Assembly (NCBI RefSeq): GCF_026210795.1 | Contig: NC_089429.1 | Location: forward strand, 4,836,001-4,900,000 | DNA: 64,000 nt | DNA from: Rhizophagus irregularis | Lineage: Eukaryota | Direction of reading: 5' to 3' | Shown: positions 1 to 13,389 of the stretch, piece by piece | Position numbering within the stretch: the first letter of the stretch is position 1 | How the letters are laid out: every line of letters begins with the position of its first letter | The notes under the pieces: generated by a model | Told to the model about the DNA's origin: nothing | Database searches by the model: none | The model's input: the letters and a program-made list of their open reading frames with translations, nothing else | Translations under genes and position numbers: made by a program

Positions 1-119
1 AACATGGTACGGAATAAATATTAAGTTTTCGTCCGAAAATGAAAAAAAAATAATCCTATTCATTCTATTTTTAAAAAAATTATTATTTTTTTTTTTAAAA
101 AAAAAAATTTTCTGAAAAA

Positions 120-1526
120 ATGACGAGAGGATATTCATTAGAACAAGATTTAAGATTATTAATAAATAATCCAAAGTATAGCGATATAGAAATTTTATGT
201 GAAGATGAAAAGAAATTATATGCTTGTAGAGCAATTTTAGCTGCAAGATCCGAAGTATTTGATAGATTACTTTATAATGGAATGAAAGAAAGTTATGAAA
301 ATCAAATTTCTTTTCCAAAGATTAATTCTGCTGGAATGGAAATAATATTAGAATATACTTATACTGGTTCAATCAAAAATGATTTATTAACAAAAGATAA
401 TATAATTGAATCATATTATGCAGCAGATTATTTTCAATTATCTGACCTTCAGGATCTTATAATGAAAACTGTTAAGAAAATTTTAAAAAAAAAATACGCA
501 GAAAATTTTTCACCAGAATTATTATCTAAAGTTGTAGAAATTATGCCTTTATCAGAAGATAATATTCTTCTTAAATTATTGGTTGAAACTGTTGCAACTA
601 TTCCATTAAATAGTATTGAATTTAACCGTTTATCTATTACAGCATTACAATATCTTTTATCTTGTACATATGAAAAAGAAATGGATTTTGCTACTCCAGA
701 ATATGAAGTTTTTCGTTATAGTGCTATTCTTGCAGCAAACCAAGTTTCTGATGATGCATATAATTCTATTGTGGAACGGTTACCAACCTTAGAACAGATA
801 AAAAATTCATTCCAAGTAAAAGATAAGTCTATTGCTGATCATCAAAAAGTTGCCGAAGAATTGATACCTTTGATTAAATTTATCGAGTTTAGAAGGATCA
901 AAGGTCAAATGTTGGTTAATATTATCGAACCATTAGAAATTATTCCGGCCGAAGTGGTTGTAAGTGCTTATCGATATAAAGCATTATCAGATAAATCAGA
1001 TTTAAGTGACGTTCGAGGAAAACCAATACGTGAATTTAATTATGTTTGGGATGAGACAGCATGTGGATCAAATCTTATTATTGAGGATAATGGACAGATT
1101 GTACAAGCAGAAAATTACCGTAATTCACACCAAAATGTTAGAGCTAAATTTGCATTAGAAGATGAGGATATTTTTGAATGGGATGTCATTATTGAGAAAA
1201 CTTGTGATTATGCCTGGGTTGGAGTATGTGCATCAGAAGACTTTAATTATGAAATTTGGGCAGGAGAACAACCTACTGGATGGGTATTAGGTTCTGGTGG
1301 TGATTGTAGCAATGCTGGTATAGAAATAAATTATTGTCCGCCATTTGGTGATGGTTCAAAAGTTACTGTTCATTTAGACATGAATAAGAGAACTTGTGCT
1401 TTTACGGTCGATGGTACAAAATATCCGAAGGTATTAGAATGGAATAATCTACCTTCAAAACTTTATCCAGTAGTATCATTAATACACCCTGGTCGCTTTC
1501 GAATTCAACCTCATCAAGAAAATTAA
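120..1526 (+). CDS. BTB/POZ-helical(BACK-like)-SPRY/B30.2 protein, intact, intronless (468 aa)
   Basis: N-terminal BTB signature (YSDIEILCEDEKKLYACRAILAARSEVF...GMKES...ILEYTYTG...AADYFQL) and C-terminal SPRY signature (EWDVII...WVGVC...GWVLG...VTVHLDMNKRTCAFTV...LYPVVSL). Confidence 0.92.
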   Translation: MTRGYSLEQDLRLLINNPKYSDIEILCEDEKKLYACRAILAARSEVFDRLLYNGMKESYENQISFPKINSAGMEIILEYTYTGSIKNDLLTKDNIIESYYAADYFQLSDLQDLIMKTVKKILKKKYAENFSPELLSKVVEIMPLSEDNILLKLLVETVATIPLNSIEFNRLSITALQYLLSCTYEKEMDFATPEYEVFRYSAILAANQVSDDAYNSIVERLPTLEQIKNSFQVKDKSIADHQKVAEELIPLIKFIEFRRIKGQMLVNIIEPLEIIPAEVVVSAYRYKALSDKSDLSDVRGKPIREFNYVWDETACGSNLIIEDNGQIVQAENYRNSHQNVRAKFALEDEDIFEWDVIIEKTCDYAWVGVCASEDFNYEIWAGEQPTGWVLGSGGDCSNAGIEINYCPPFGDGSKVTVHLDMNKRTCAFTVDGTKYPKVLEWNNLPSKLYPVVSLIHPGRFRIQPHQEN

Positions 1527-2607
1527 ATTTTTTTAATTAATTTTTTTTTTACTTTTTATTTTTTTATTTCAGTCCCGAAAGATAAATTTTTTTTCTTTTT
1601 TATTTTCAAGTTTTTTTTTCAATATCAAAAAGTAAATTAAAATAAATTAAATAAATTTTTTATTAAAATAGATTTTTTTTCCTAATTAGTTTAAACTGGT
1701 ATTACGTAGTTTTAAATTAAAGTAAGAAAAATAAATAAAAATTGAACAAATTTATTATACCAAGTCATCAAGAAGTTAATTTTTTGACATAAATTCTTCC
1801 ATTTTTTTTTCTTACATAACCGGTTATAGTAGTTTTTTAAAGTACATTACATCTTTACTCTAATGCTTCCGCTCATTTATTATTACGAGTCTGCACTTTT
1901 TATTTTTGTTTCTGGCTGTTCAACCAATGTGAAATATTACCAAGATAATAATGACTCAAGGCGATCAACATACCATATTTTTAATAATATTCTTGATGAA
2001 TTTGATTTATTTACGTAAGTGAATCCACATGTGATTATTTATTTGAGAATAACGAGCGTACGTGCCTCGTCATTTAAAATGAATAAGATTATATTTCAGC
2101 TTCTTCATTTAATAATCATTTTCTTACATCAAAAGAACTATATATGAATGATTGTTTACCTGTATCGACGTTTTTATTAAAAAAAAAAGAATTTTTTTTT
2201 TTCGAATAAAATAGTTGTGACCAAAAATTCATAGTCGAAACTTCAAAGTGGTAAGCCGAACTTCGTTCCAAATCTTACGGCATTCTCATACATTTCGGCT
2301 TTTTTATATTAGTTTCTAATTTGTTTATAATCAAAAACTTTTATCTTTAGAAATGTTGTGGCGATCGACTTTCCTGTTTCGATCTTTTCGTAAATGAAAT
2401 ATAATGATTATTATGCATGATTTTAAAGGTTAAAGTTTTTATTATAATTATTATATTTTTTTAATATTCACGTTTATTACCAACTTAATAAAAATTGATA
2501 CGTAATACCAATATAAAAATTTATTTAATAACTATATAAATACAATAACTATTTTTAATAATAAATATCCATTTATAAAATTGCTATCTGATATTTAACA
2601 AAATAAT

Positions 2608-4221
2608 TTAATCGATTTCATTTATATATCTATAAATATCAGTAGATAAATCATTATAATTTAAAACTTTAATATTATATAATTTAAATTCCTTCACTTC
2701 ATCTTTTAAATCAGACAAATCTACATTTTTCCTATTATATCTTATAATAAAAGTATTCTTAATAGCCAAATATTTAACACGTTCCTTCTTCATAATATAT
2801 TCTTTTATATAAGGTAAAATATCAATATTATCATTAGAATATTCTCTAATCATATTATTAATTAACAATTTCTTAAAAAAAGTATTTTGAGAATTTTTTA
2901 AGAATATTTCAAAATCATTTTCTTTAATATGAAGAATCATACTTAAATATTCAAGTTTAATAGGAAGTGATTGTCCTAAATTTTGTAATATTAATTTGAT
3001 ATTATCAACTTGATGATTCACTAAATTGATTGAAAGATAATTAAGAAATTGTTTAATATTTTCAATTAAATTGAATATTAAAGAAGTAATTTGATTTTCA
3101 ATCCTATGTAAATTAAGAAATTTGATATTTTTACAATATTTTATGATCAATTCTAATAATTGTTGTTTTAATAATTGATCATAATTAGTAATTCCAAATC
3201 CATAACCAAAATTTTCTAAATAATTACCAGATTTTTGTAATAATGATTGTAATGATTGAATTTGTAATCTCCCACTTATAAATAAAGATTTTAATTTAAA
3301 TGGTTTGTTTAAATTAATAATTTGTTGAATAAAACCAGTATCTAAAGAATAACAACAAATGATATGAACAGATTCTAAAACATTTAATTTTTCAAATACT
3401 TTAACTAAATTAATTAAACTTTTAAAATCAATATAATAAAAAATGATAGTATTTAAAGTATTTGAACAATTAGATTCATTTGATAATAATAATGATTGAT
3501 ATAAAGAAAAATTATTATAACCTAATAAAATTCTTTTAAGATTTTGATGTGAATTAATTATTTGTAATATACGATTTTTAATTAATTTATTAGAACTTAA
3601 AATAGAAAATTTTAAATTTTTAATATTTTTAATAAAATTTGGATTTTGTAAAATAATTTCAAGTATATTATCAGCACATGTATTATAATAATCAGTAATA
3701 GAAATTTCAATTTCAAGTGTATTTAAATTTACTTCATTTTCAATAAATAATTTAATTATTGATATATTAATAAATCTTTTAAATTCTGATACTGATTCCA
3801 TAATTAAATATTGTATATAATATCTATTACTAAATTTTGATGTTCTTTCATTAGATTCTAACCATCCTTCAATACAAGGAATAATTTTACATATATTTAA
3901 ATATTTTATAAAATTAGGATAATTGAAAAGTGTATTATTATTTGATGATGATGATGGTGTTAATAAATTATCAATAATTTGATATTCATTTAATTTTGTT
4001 TTTAAATAATCATTTAAATTATATAAATAAATTTCAATAAAATTATAATTTCCGTTAAGAATTGAAAATGGATCTTCCCATAATAATGGAATTGTTAAAC
4101 GACACCATAATCTATTAACTAAAATACATGAATGTAACGTTGAATAATCATTTCGGAAATATTTAATGATTTCATATAATAATTCTGGTAAATCTCCTGA
4201 AAATATTTTCGAACATGACAT
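2608..4221 (-). CDS. F-box-like / RNI-LRR-like protein (537 aa)
   Basis: Long ORF; N-terminal LPELLYEIIKYF...LHSCILVNRLWCRLTIPLLWEDPF F-box-like motif followed by Leu/Ile/Asn-rich LRR-like repeats. Confidence 0.82.
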   Translation of the reverse strand: MSCSKIFSGDLPELLYEIIKYFRNDYSTLHSCILVNRLWCRLTIPLLWEDPFSILNGNYNFIEIYLYNLNDYLKTKLNEYQIIDNLLTPSSSSNNNTLFNYPNFIKYLNICKIIPCIEGWLESNERTSKFSNRYYIQYLIMESVSEFKRFINISIIKLFIENEVNLNTLEIEISITDYYNTCADNILEIILQNPNFIKNIKNLKFSILSSNKLIKNRILQIINSHQNLKRILLGYNNFSLYQSLLLSNESNCSNTLNTIIFYYIDFKSLINLVKVFEKLNVLESVHIICCYSLDTGFIQQIINLNKPFKLKSLFISGRLQIQSLQSLLQKSGNYLENFGYGFGITNYDQLLKQQLLELIIKYCKNIKFLNLHRIENQITSLIFNLIENIKQFLNYLSINLVNHQVDNIKLILQNLGQSLPIKLEYLSMILHIKENDFEIFLKNSQNTFFKKLLINNMIREYSNDNIDILPYIKEYIMKKERVKYLAIKNTFIIRYNRKNVDLSDLKDEVKEFKLYNIKVLNYNDLSTDIYRYINEID

Positions 4222-5400
4222 ATTGTTAAAAACGAAAAGAAGAAGAATAAATAAAAAAAATAGTTGGCGTTATCAAAAGGCCAAAATAAGTAAATTTATA
4301 TCGGAGATATTGTCGCACAATTTAATGTCAATTTAATTGTGTGTAACAATATTTTAATAATCAGGTGAAGTTTTAAAATTACTATATTCAGTAAATAATA
4401 AGTAATACAAGTAGGATCGGCTATAGTATGGAATGACATACGCAGTAGTAGTTCCGTGAGTTACCGGGGATGCTATGGTTTATAAAATGTATATTTGGTC
4501 TTTTAGATCAATTCCATAAAAAAATAAGTTCAAGAAGAACTTAAAAATACCAGAAACTAAAAGAAAAAACTAAAAGGAGGAAGATCCCTACGTTGATATA
4601 GAAGTACATAGATTTGCCGCAGTATACTACACGTTAACACATTTCAAACTTAATTATATAGATAGAAATATTATAATATTATATTCATTAATAAATCATT
4701 TTTTAATTAAAAATTATTAATTTATTATTTTTTCCATTGTCTCAAAATAATGCACATATAGTATATGTTTTTTTAGCTTGATAATCATATGGTAAGAAAT
4801 TCTGTCAGTTGTTATCTAAAAGATTATTTATTTAGTAAATTATAAAAAAAAAATCTATTTCTGTTTCGCGGTCACGCGAAACAGTGATTATCCAGTTGTA
4901 TCATTAAATCATCCTAGTCGTTTTCAAAGTCAATCTCATCAAAAAATTTAAAATTCTTTGTTCTATGGTAAAAAATATTTTTATTATATTGATTGTACAT
5001 ATTAATGTTATCGAGTTATTGAGCCGAAAATTTTTTTTTTTGATTTTCGTGTCATAAAATTACGTAACCTTTTTATTTTTACTACGTGATATGTAGAAAG
5101 AAAAAAGGGAATATTCAAATACAGTCAGAACTCGATATAACGATTCATGATAAACCGATTTTCTTAAACAAAATCTACTTATAATTAATTTTAACAAAAT
5201 ATACTGATTTTATTATAAATTTTACGAAGTCATTATAAATCAGCCATCCATATTCATTTTAATTCACCAGCATTAATTAATTTTGATCTGCACTAAGTGC
5301 ACAACAAATCACTTGATGAATTTCGATCATTGATTTGGATGAGTTTTATGAATTTTTTGAATTTTTAAAATTTAATTATTAGTAAAAGAAGTACTACAAT

Positions 5401-5634
5401 AGGACCCCGAACAATATATAAATAGGTCATAGGAAATTGGCAAAATTTTACTATTAGCTCTACGCATTTTTTCAGGGCCGGAATTATGATAATGTCAGTC
5501 AGTTACTAAATAAAGTAATATATTTCTTACCAACGTTATCAAAATTTATCTAAAAAAGGAAAGATTTTCATGATTATTTTAGCCTATTCTACGCGTTATT
5601 TCTTGTTACCTATTTCAGTATTGCTCGGGGTCCT
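5401..5634. mobile_element. MITE, ~26-bp TIRs, 8-bp TSD
   Basis: Left AGGACCCCGAACAATATATAAATAG; right end reverse-complements to AGGACCCCGAGCAATACTGAAATAG; ACTACAAT flanks both sides (5393-5400, 5635-5642). Confidence 0.85.
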
Positions 5635-6040
5635 ACTACAATCATAATATACTTTCTTCTTTATGATAACTTCGTTTAAAAAATTGTATTATTTATTAAG
5701 TTCGGTACAATAAGAACACGATCCGAAATCACCTGAACGTCAGTTCTGGCGCGGTTTCAAATTCATTAATGATGGAGATCCCACTCTAAGATAAAATAAA
5801 TAATTTCAACGTAACAAAACACCAACCATATCCGCGGATTTTTGGAATCACATGATGATCACGATATTTTTAATACGTTTTTTTATTTTACGATATATCG
5901 ACACGTTTTTTTTTTATTAAACATGATTTATTAAAATTTATTAAACATTATATACAATCTTCATATACTAATAAGAGACAAGTCATATTATGCTATGGGT
6001 ATGAAAAATTTGTCAATAACTTTAAAAATTATCTTGTAAA

Positions 6041-7234
6041 CTAGAATAGGTTTATATGCGGCGACTTCGTCACCGCCAGACTGTCTAAGACTTCTAAAAG
6101 TTATTAGGTTTTTTTTAATGATTATTGTGTTTATATTTTAAAACAAAGTTTTATAGTTTTTTTTTAAAAAATTACAAAAAAAAAATTGTTGAACAATAAT
6201 AAGTTTATTTTATTTATAAAAATTGATCCAAAAATAATGAAAAATCGGAAAAAATTGTTATTGATTAGGTTATTTTTTAAAAAAAAATGGTAATTAAAAA
6301 TTGGGGAAAAGTTTGATTGTTCGGATAAAATTGCTATTGGTTAGCAATAATAGTCTGTCTGAACTATCATAACGCTTGATCCATTACGACCATTTCATTT
6401 CGAGCTAAATATCTATCCAAGTTTTATTGGTAAAACAATTCATTAGTAATTAATAACAAATTAGTTAATTCAATAAACCATAATTTCGTTATTTACCAAA
6501 TTGCCGCAGTATAACATCTATCTGTTGCGAACTATCCATTTCGAGATAAGTGTCTGATCCAAGTTCTTATTTAGCAAATAAATAAACAATAATTACGTCA
6601 CTTACTAAAATGATGCAGTATAAGGATTCTTTCTATTCAATTGGTACCTTCCGTTCCCAGCGTTAAAATAGCGGATAAATTAGTAATATTCAAAATGGAA
6701 AGAAAATACTCACATTGTTTCATTTCAATCAATACCTCCCGTTCTGAAGCCCTAAGTCCGAATCTAAAATAGCAATGAAGAAAATGAAAAAAAATAAATA
6801 AAAAAAAAATTCCATTTTGATCAGTTCCTTACTTAAATAGTAGATAAGTGGGTTGGTTAGTAGTAATTCAAATAAGAAAATGTAATGTGTGATTTGTCAG
6901 CAGCATTACATTATGATCAAATGAATAATAAAATAATAATAATGATAATAATAATAAAGGAACGTAATCATTTTAATAAATAATAAATAATAATAATAAT
7001 AAAAATACGTAAAAGAGATGTAATATTTTTATTTATTTATTTATTTATTACCGACAGATCTATCGATTTTAAGGAGAATCTTATCATAATTGGCTATAAA
7101 AAAAATTGTTAAAAGTCAATTAATTACCAATCAGCTAATTTTTGGCGATCGGCTACTACATTATATTTTTTAATAAAATATATTTAAACAACCTCGATAC
7201 GTAAAAAAGCTTACAGTCCTCCTCAGAATATAGA
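6041..7234 (-). mobile_element. Non-autonomous Helitron-like element (3' end clear, 5' end tentative)
   Basis: Minus strand reads GCGGTGAC-GAA-GTCGCCGC hairpin, 13 nt, then CTAG|T ending at 6041; candidate A|TCTATAT 5' end at 7234. Confidence 0.6.
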
Positions 7235-7839
7235 TACTGATATAAAAAATGAATGGTCGTTTAGGTCGCACAAATTACCAAAAAGGAGACTTTTTTTACA
7301 CTACAATTTGGCATTTCAAGGCAACACAGATCTCTTGGTAGACCATCCTTTATTATATTATGTTAATAAAATTGTCAAAATTTAATAACAAAATAAACAC
7401 AGCTTTATAACAATATCCATACACCTAAATATCTGTCAAAAAGCATTAAACCGTTATTTAGTACTACTACTATATCTGCGAAATTGTCCGATTACTCTAA
7501 CTTCCAAGTTAGATTGGTTTAAATATAGACGATGGGTTTGAAGTGGTATTTACTATTTTTTTTTTTCGTTAAATTTTTTGATCATCTGACCAATATTACA
7601 TTGGATTACCATGTAGTACAGTTTTGACTGTGACAAATCTTTCCAAAATAATTAGTGTAAATATAATTCCAAAAATCCGCAACAAAAACGGGGTGCTCAG
7701 TTCTGACTGTATGACATCAGATTTACCTAATTAATACAAGTAAGACGTTGTACAATATGAAATAAATAGTATATACTGGGTTTTTTAATCAATTATCATT
7801 AAAACAAATTTTTTTTTAAAAAAAAAAATTCTTAAAATA

Positions 7840-9250
7840 ATGACTAGAGGATATTCATTAGAACAAGATTTAGGATTAATAATAAATAATCCAAAATATA
7901 GCGATTTAGAAATTTTATGTGAAGATGAAAAGAAATTATATGCTTGTAGAGCAATCTTAGCAGCAAGGTCCGAAGTATTTGATAGATTACTTTATAATGG
8001 AATGAAGGAAAGTTATGAAAACAAAATTTCTTTTCCGACGATTAGTTCTGCTGGAATGGAAATAATATTGGAATATATTTATACTGGTTCAATCAAAAAT
8101 TATTTATTAACAAAAGATAATATAATTGAATCATATTATGCAGCAGATTATTTTCATTTATCAGACCTTCAGTATTTTATAATGAAAACCATTAAGAATA
8201 TTTCTAAAAAAAATTATAAAGAAAACTATTCACCAGAATTATTATCTAAAGTTGTGGAAATTATGCCTTTATCAGAAGATAATATTCTTCTTAACTTATT
8301 GGTTGAAACTGTTGCAACTATTCCATTAAATACTATTGAATTTGACCGTTTATCTATTACAGCATTACAATATCTTTTATCGTGTACATATGAAAAAGAA
8401 ATGACGTTTGCTACTTCAGAATATGAAGTTTTTCGTTATAGTGCTATTCTTGCAGCAAAGCGAGTTTCTGGTGATGCATATAATTCTATTATGGAACGGT
8501 TGCCAACTTTAGAACAGATAAAAAATTCATTCCAATTAGAAGATAAATTTATTACTGATCGTTGAAAAATTACAGAAGAATTGAATCCTTTGATTAAATT
8601 TATCGATTTTAGAAGGATCAAAGGTCAATTATTTGTTAATATTATTGAAACCATTAGGAATTATTCCAGCCAAAGTGATTTTAAGTGTTTATCGACTTAA
8701 AGCATTGTCGGATAATTTAGAATTAAGTGATGTTCGAGGAAGATCGATTTATAAATTTAACTATGTTTGGGATGAGTCAGCATGTGGTTCAAATCTTATT
8801 ATTGAGGATAATGGACAAATTGTACAAGCAGCAAATAATTGTGATGTACATCAAAATGTTGGAGCTAAAATAGCATTAGAAAATAAAGGTATTTTTGAAT
8901 GGGATATTATTATTGAGAAAACTTGTGATTATGCTTGGATTGGAGTATGTGCATCAGAAAATTTTAGTTATGAAACCTTTGCAGGAGCTCAACTTACTGG
9001 ATGGGTATTGGGTTCTGGTGGTTATTTTTGTAATCCTAAAAACAGTGTATATTATTGTCCTTCATTTCACAAAGATGGTACAAGAATTACAGTTCATTTA
9101 GATATGAATAAAAGAACTTGTGCTTTTACGATCAATGGTACAAAGTGTCGAGAGGTATCAGAATGGAAGAATCTTGCTTCAAATCTTTATCCGGTAGTAT
9201 CATTAAAATATCCTGGTCGCTTTCGAATTCAACCTCATCGAAAAAATTAG
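7840..9250 (+). pseudogene. BTB-SPRY pseudogene (recent)
   Basis: Full-length homolog of 120/29306 with premature TGA at 8563-8565 and a frameshift near 8630; split into ORFs 7840-8565 and 8633-9250. Confidence 0.88.
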
Positions 9251-9871
9251 ACAAATTCTACGACTTGAATTTTATTCTTATCATTATTATTATTTATACA
9301 TATTGAAAATAATAGTTATGTTATTTATACTAAGTTAGATTACGTGATATTGAAGGGTTGCAACGAATTTCATTTTTTATTGATTTGATAATAAACGTGA
9401 ATATTCAAAAAATTAATAATTGTATCTAAGCTTTGCCTTTAAAATCTTGCATAATAAACATTTTTATTGTAAGAAAAATATTTCATTTACGAAAAGATTG
9501 AGGCAGGAAGGTCAGAAGAATCTAGTAAAAATTTAACCATTGTCACGATCGTCATAACATTTCTAAATAAAAGTTTTTAATCATTATAAACACAATTACC
9601 GTAAGACTTGAAATGAAAAAGTGAAAATTTTATTAAATTTAGTGATGTTAATCAATGACCAATAAGGAACTAGTATAAAATCTCTCATTTTGCTGAAATG
9701 CCGATTATGATCATGACGCAATAAAGAGTTTCAACGTACACTTTTTTAGGCTCCTTATTAATACGTTTAATTATTAAAAGGATTTGTCTAATTAATTTTC
9801 ATTATCATGTAAGTTAATTGGAAAAAAGGAAATATAATATAGGTCATTTGTTATTTGCTTGAATAATTTTA

Positions 9872-11095
9872 AGAGATATTCATTAGAACGAGATTAAGAT
9901 TATTGATAAATAATCTAAAGTATAGTGAAAGAAATTTTATGTTAAAATGAAAGAAATTATATGGATTTAGAACAATTTTAACTGCAAGATCTGTAGTATT
10001 TGATAGATTACTTTATGACGAGATGAAAGAAAGCTGTAATAACCAAATTTCTTTTCCAAAAATTAATTCCGCTAGAATGGAAATTTTATTAGAATTTATT
10101 TACGCTGGATCAGTTAAAGAAGAATTTTTAACATAAGATAATACAATTGAAGTTTCTTCGCTGCAGGTTATTTCCAATTATCAGACCTACAGGATCTTAT
10201 TATTACGAAAACAATTGAGAATACTATAATCTTGCATCTTGCAAAAAATGACGTTAACAGAAAGTAATATTCTTAATTGATTACTATTGAATTTTGTCGA
10301 CTGTCCATTACAGGTCTTGAATATCTTTTATCTTATATATATGAAAAAGAAAAACACCGTTTGTTGCCCCAGAATAAAAAGCATTTTCTTATGATGCACA
10401 TAAAGATATTATGGAACTGTTGCTAACCTTTGATAAAAATTCATCCCTAATAGAAGATAGATTTACCAAAGAATTGAAATCTTTGATTAAATTATCGAAT
10501 TCAGGGGGATTAAAGGCCAAACATTGGTTAATGTTATTGAAATTGTTTCAACTGAAGTGATTTTATTGTTCATCGATTTGAAGCGTTATCGCATAATTCA
10601 GATTTAAATGACGCTTGAGGAAGGTCAATATATGAGTTTAATGATGTATTAGATGAGCCAGCATGTGTATCAAAATTTGATATTGAGGACAACGGAAAAA
10701 TTGTGCGTGCAAATTATTGTGGTTATCAAAATGTTAGAGCTTAAATAGAATTATAAAACAACATTATTGATCATATTCCTTGGATAGGAGTATGCGCATC
10801 AGAAAATTTCAGTTATGAAGTTTTTGCAGCAGGAAACTCTAATGTATGGATAGGTATTGGTTCCGGTAGCCGTGTTCGTACGAATTCTTCTAATTTTTAT
10901 TGTCCGTCATTTCACGAAGATAGTATGAGAATTACTGTTTATTTAGATATGAATAAAAGAACTTATACTTTTACGGTCAATGGTACAAAATATCTGGAGG
11001 TATTAGTATTGATTAAATAATTTACCATCAGAATACTATCCTGTAGTATCATTACGTTATCCTGATCGTTTTCGAATTAACTTCAAAAAATTTAA
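9872..11095 (+). pseudogene. Heavily degraded BTB-SPRY pseudogene
   Basis: Colinear nucleotide similarity to the family from gatattcattagaac to cctgatcgttttcgaatt; many indels and stops, no start codon. Confidence 0.85.
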
Positions 11096-11589
11096 GTAAA
11101 AAATTTGAAGAAATTTTTTTTTATTATCATTATTGATATCAAATTTAATATTTAACATATAGGAAGAATAATTGAATAATTTCGTACTTCGGTTGGTAAA
11201 AAAGAGAAAATATCCACAAATGTATCGAACAATAAGGTTAATATAAATCATATAAAAAAAAACCATTATCCGAAGAGAAAGATTTCACTACTGCCATTTT
11301 TAAAGTAAGATAAATTAGAAAAAACGATTCTCAATATTTAGTTACATTGTAAGAATACTTAAGATCTTAATTACAAACGGTCGGCGTCATGACGTGAATA
11401 AAGAACGGTACGGTACATTGTAAAATATTCGATTTAATTAATTTTATTTAATGAAATATTTTTCGATAATATGCGAATCAGTACATAGGTACGACGTAGT
11501 ACAACATAGAAAAATTATATAAGTACTGGACTTAATCCAAACATGGATTCATTGAAAAAAATTTTTTACTTTCGAAATTTTTTTAAATA

Positions 11590-12987
11590 ATGACGAGAGG
11601 ATATTCGTTAGAACAGGATTTAAGATTATTAATAAATAATCCAAAATATAGTGATTTAGAAATTTTATGTGAAGATGAAAAGAAATTACATGCCTGTAGA
11701 GCAATCTTAGCAGCAAGGTCCGAAGTATTCGATAGTTTACTTTATAATGGAATGAAGGAAAGTTACGAAAACCAAATTTCTTTTCCAAAGATTGATTTCG
11801 CTGGAATGGAAATTATATTAGAATATATTTATACGGGATCAGTTAAAGAAGAATTTTTAACAAAAGATAATGTAATTGAAGCTTTTTATGCTGCAGATTA
11901 TTTTCAATTATTAGACCTTCAGGATTTTATAACAAAAACGGTCAAGAGCACTAGTTTATCAAAAAGTTATTTACCAGAATTACTATCAAAATTTTCAGAA
12001 AAAATGCCATTAGCAGAAGATAACGTTCTTCTTAATTTATTGATTGAAGCAGTAGCGATTATGCCACTAAATAATATTGAATTTGGTCGGTTATCTATTG
12101 CGGGTCTTAAATATCTTTTATCCATTACACATGAAAAAGTAAAGTCTTTCGCAACCCCAGAATATGAAGTTTTTCGGTATAGTGCACTTCTAGTAGCTAA
12201 ACAAGTATCTAATGGTGCATATGAAATTCTAAAGGAACTGCTCCCAACCTTAGAACAAACAAAGAATTTAATCAAAGTAGAAAGTAAAGTTATTGTGGAT
12301 CGTCAAAAAGTCGCTGAAGAGTTAGAACCTTTGGTTGAATTTATTGATTTCAGAAGAATTAATGCTCAAATATTAGCTGATATTATTGAACCATTAGGAA
12401 TAATCCCAACTGAAATAATTTACAGTGCTTATCGACATACAGCATTATTAAATAATAATTCATATTTGAGCAGTATTCGTGGAAAGCAAAAAATAATTAA
12501 TGAATCCGATTATGTTTGGGATGTGTCAACATGTGAATCAAAACTTATCATTGAAAACAATGGAAAAATTGTACAAGTACCAAATAATTGTGGGCGTCAG
12601 AATGTTAGAGCTAAAATGACGTTAGAAAGCAAGGATATTTTTGAGTGGGATGTCATTATTGAGAAAACTTGTAATTGTGCTTGGGTTGGAGTATGTGCGT
12701 CAGAAAATTTTAATTATGAAATATTTGCAGGTGATCAGCCTACTGGATGGGTATTAGGTTCCAACGGTTTTTGTCGTAATTCTAATAGAGAATTAAAGTA
12801 TTGTCCATCATTTGGAGATGGCACTAATGTTACTGTTCATTTAGATATGAATAAGGGAACTTGTTCTTTTACAGTTAACGGCACAAAGTATCCAGAAGTA
12901 CCGGAATGGAATAATTTACCACCAAAACTTTATCCGGTTGTTTCATTAAAATTTCCTGGTCGTCTTCGAATTCAACCTCATCAATAA
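11590..12987 (+). CDS. BTB-SPRY protein, intact (465 aa)
   Basis: Full ORF with the same BTB and SPRY motifs as 120..1526. Confidence 0.92.
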   Translation: MTRGYSLEQDLRLLINNPKYSDLEILCEDEKKLHACRAILAARSEVFDSLLYNGMKESYENQISFPKIDFAGMEIILEYIYTGSVKEEFLTKDNVIEAFYAADYFQLLDLQDFITKTVKSTSLSKSYLPELLSKFSEKMPLAEDNVLLNLLIEAVAIMPLNNIEFGRLSIAGLKYLLSITHEKVKSFATPEYEVFRYSALLVAKQVSNGAYEILKELLPTLEQTKNLIKVESKVIVDRQKVAEELEPLVEFIDFRRINAQILADIIEPLGIIPTEIIYSAYRHTALLNNNSYLSSIRGKQKIINESDYVWDVSTCESKLIIENNGKIVQVPNNCGRQNVRAKMTLESKDIFEWDVIIEKTCNCAWVGVCASENFNYEIFAGDQPTGWVLGSNGFCRNSNRELKYCPSFGDGTNVTVHLDMNKGTCSFTVNGTKYPEVPEWNNLPPKLYPVVSLKFPGRLRIQPHQ

Positions 12988-13117
12988 ATATATATTTAAT
13001 ATAATTCTGTGATTGTATGTTTATTGTTATTAGATATCAAATAAAAATTCCAATAATTAAGCCCTAAACTCGAATTAAACTAAGAATTATTCCCATTACC
13101 TGTTACGTGATACAGTA

Positions 13118-13389
13118 GCCCTGTTCATTTCTAGATCGAACCGGATTGATCGCAAATTTGTACCCTAAAATAATTGGTTTCTGATGCAAAGTCAAGCCGA
13201 TCTACAAAAATTGGTGTTTTTCCCTGATCGATTTTACAATAAACATAATAAACAACACAACTACGTGTTTTTTGCCCTATAAGCTATTATGGATATATAA
13301 CCAATCCGATCAATCAAAAATTATAACTATGATCTGATTGGTTATACATTTTTTCGGCCAATCCGATACGATCTAGAAATGAACAGGGC
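13118..13389. mobile_element. MITE with 21-bp perfect TIR core, TA flanks
   Basis: TA|GCCCTGTTCATTTCTAGATCG ... CGATCTAGAAATGAACAGGGC|TA, with imperfect extension inward. Confidence 0.85.

Noticed and set aside
4400..4663. Minus-strand Helitron 5'-like end (ATCTATATAATTAAG)
   Set aside because: No matching hairpin-CTAG 3' end found.
5120..7711. TA|CAGTCAGAACT ... AGTTCTGACTG|TA as a pogo-like element
   Set aside because: Only 11 bp of TIR match and it diverges immediately; may be two unrelated ends.
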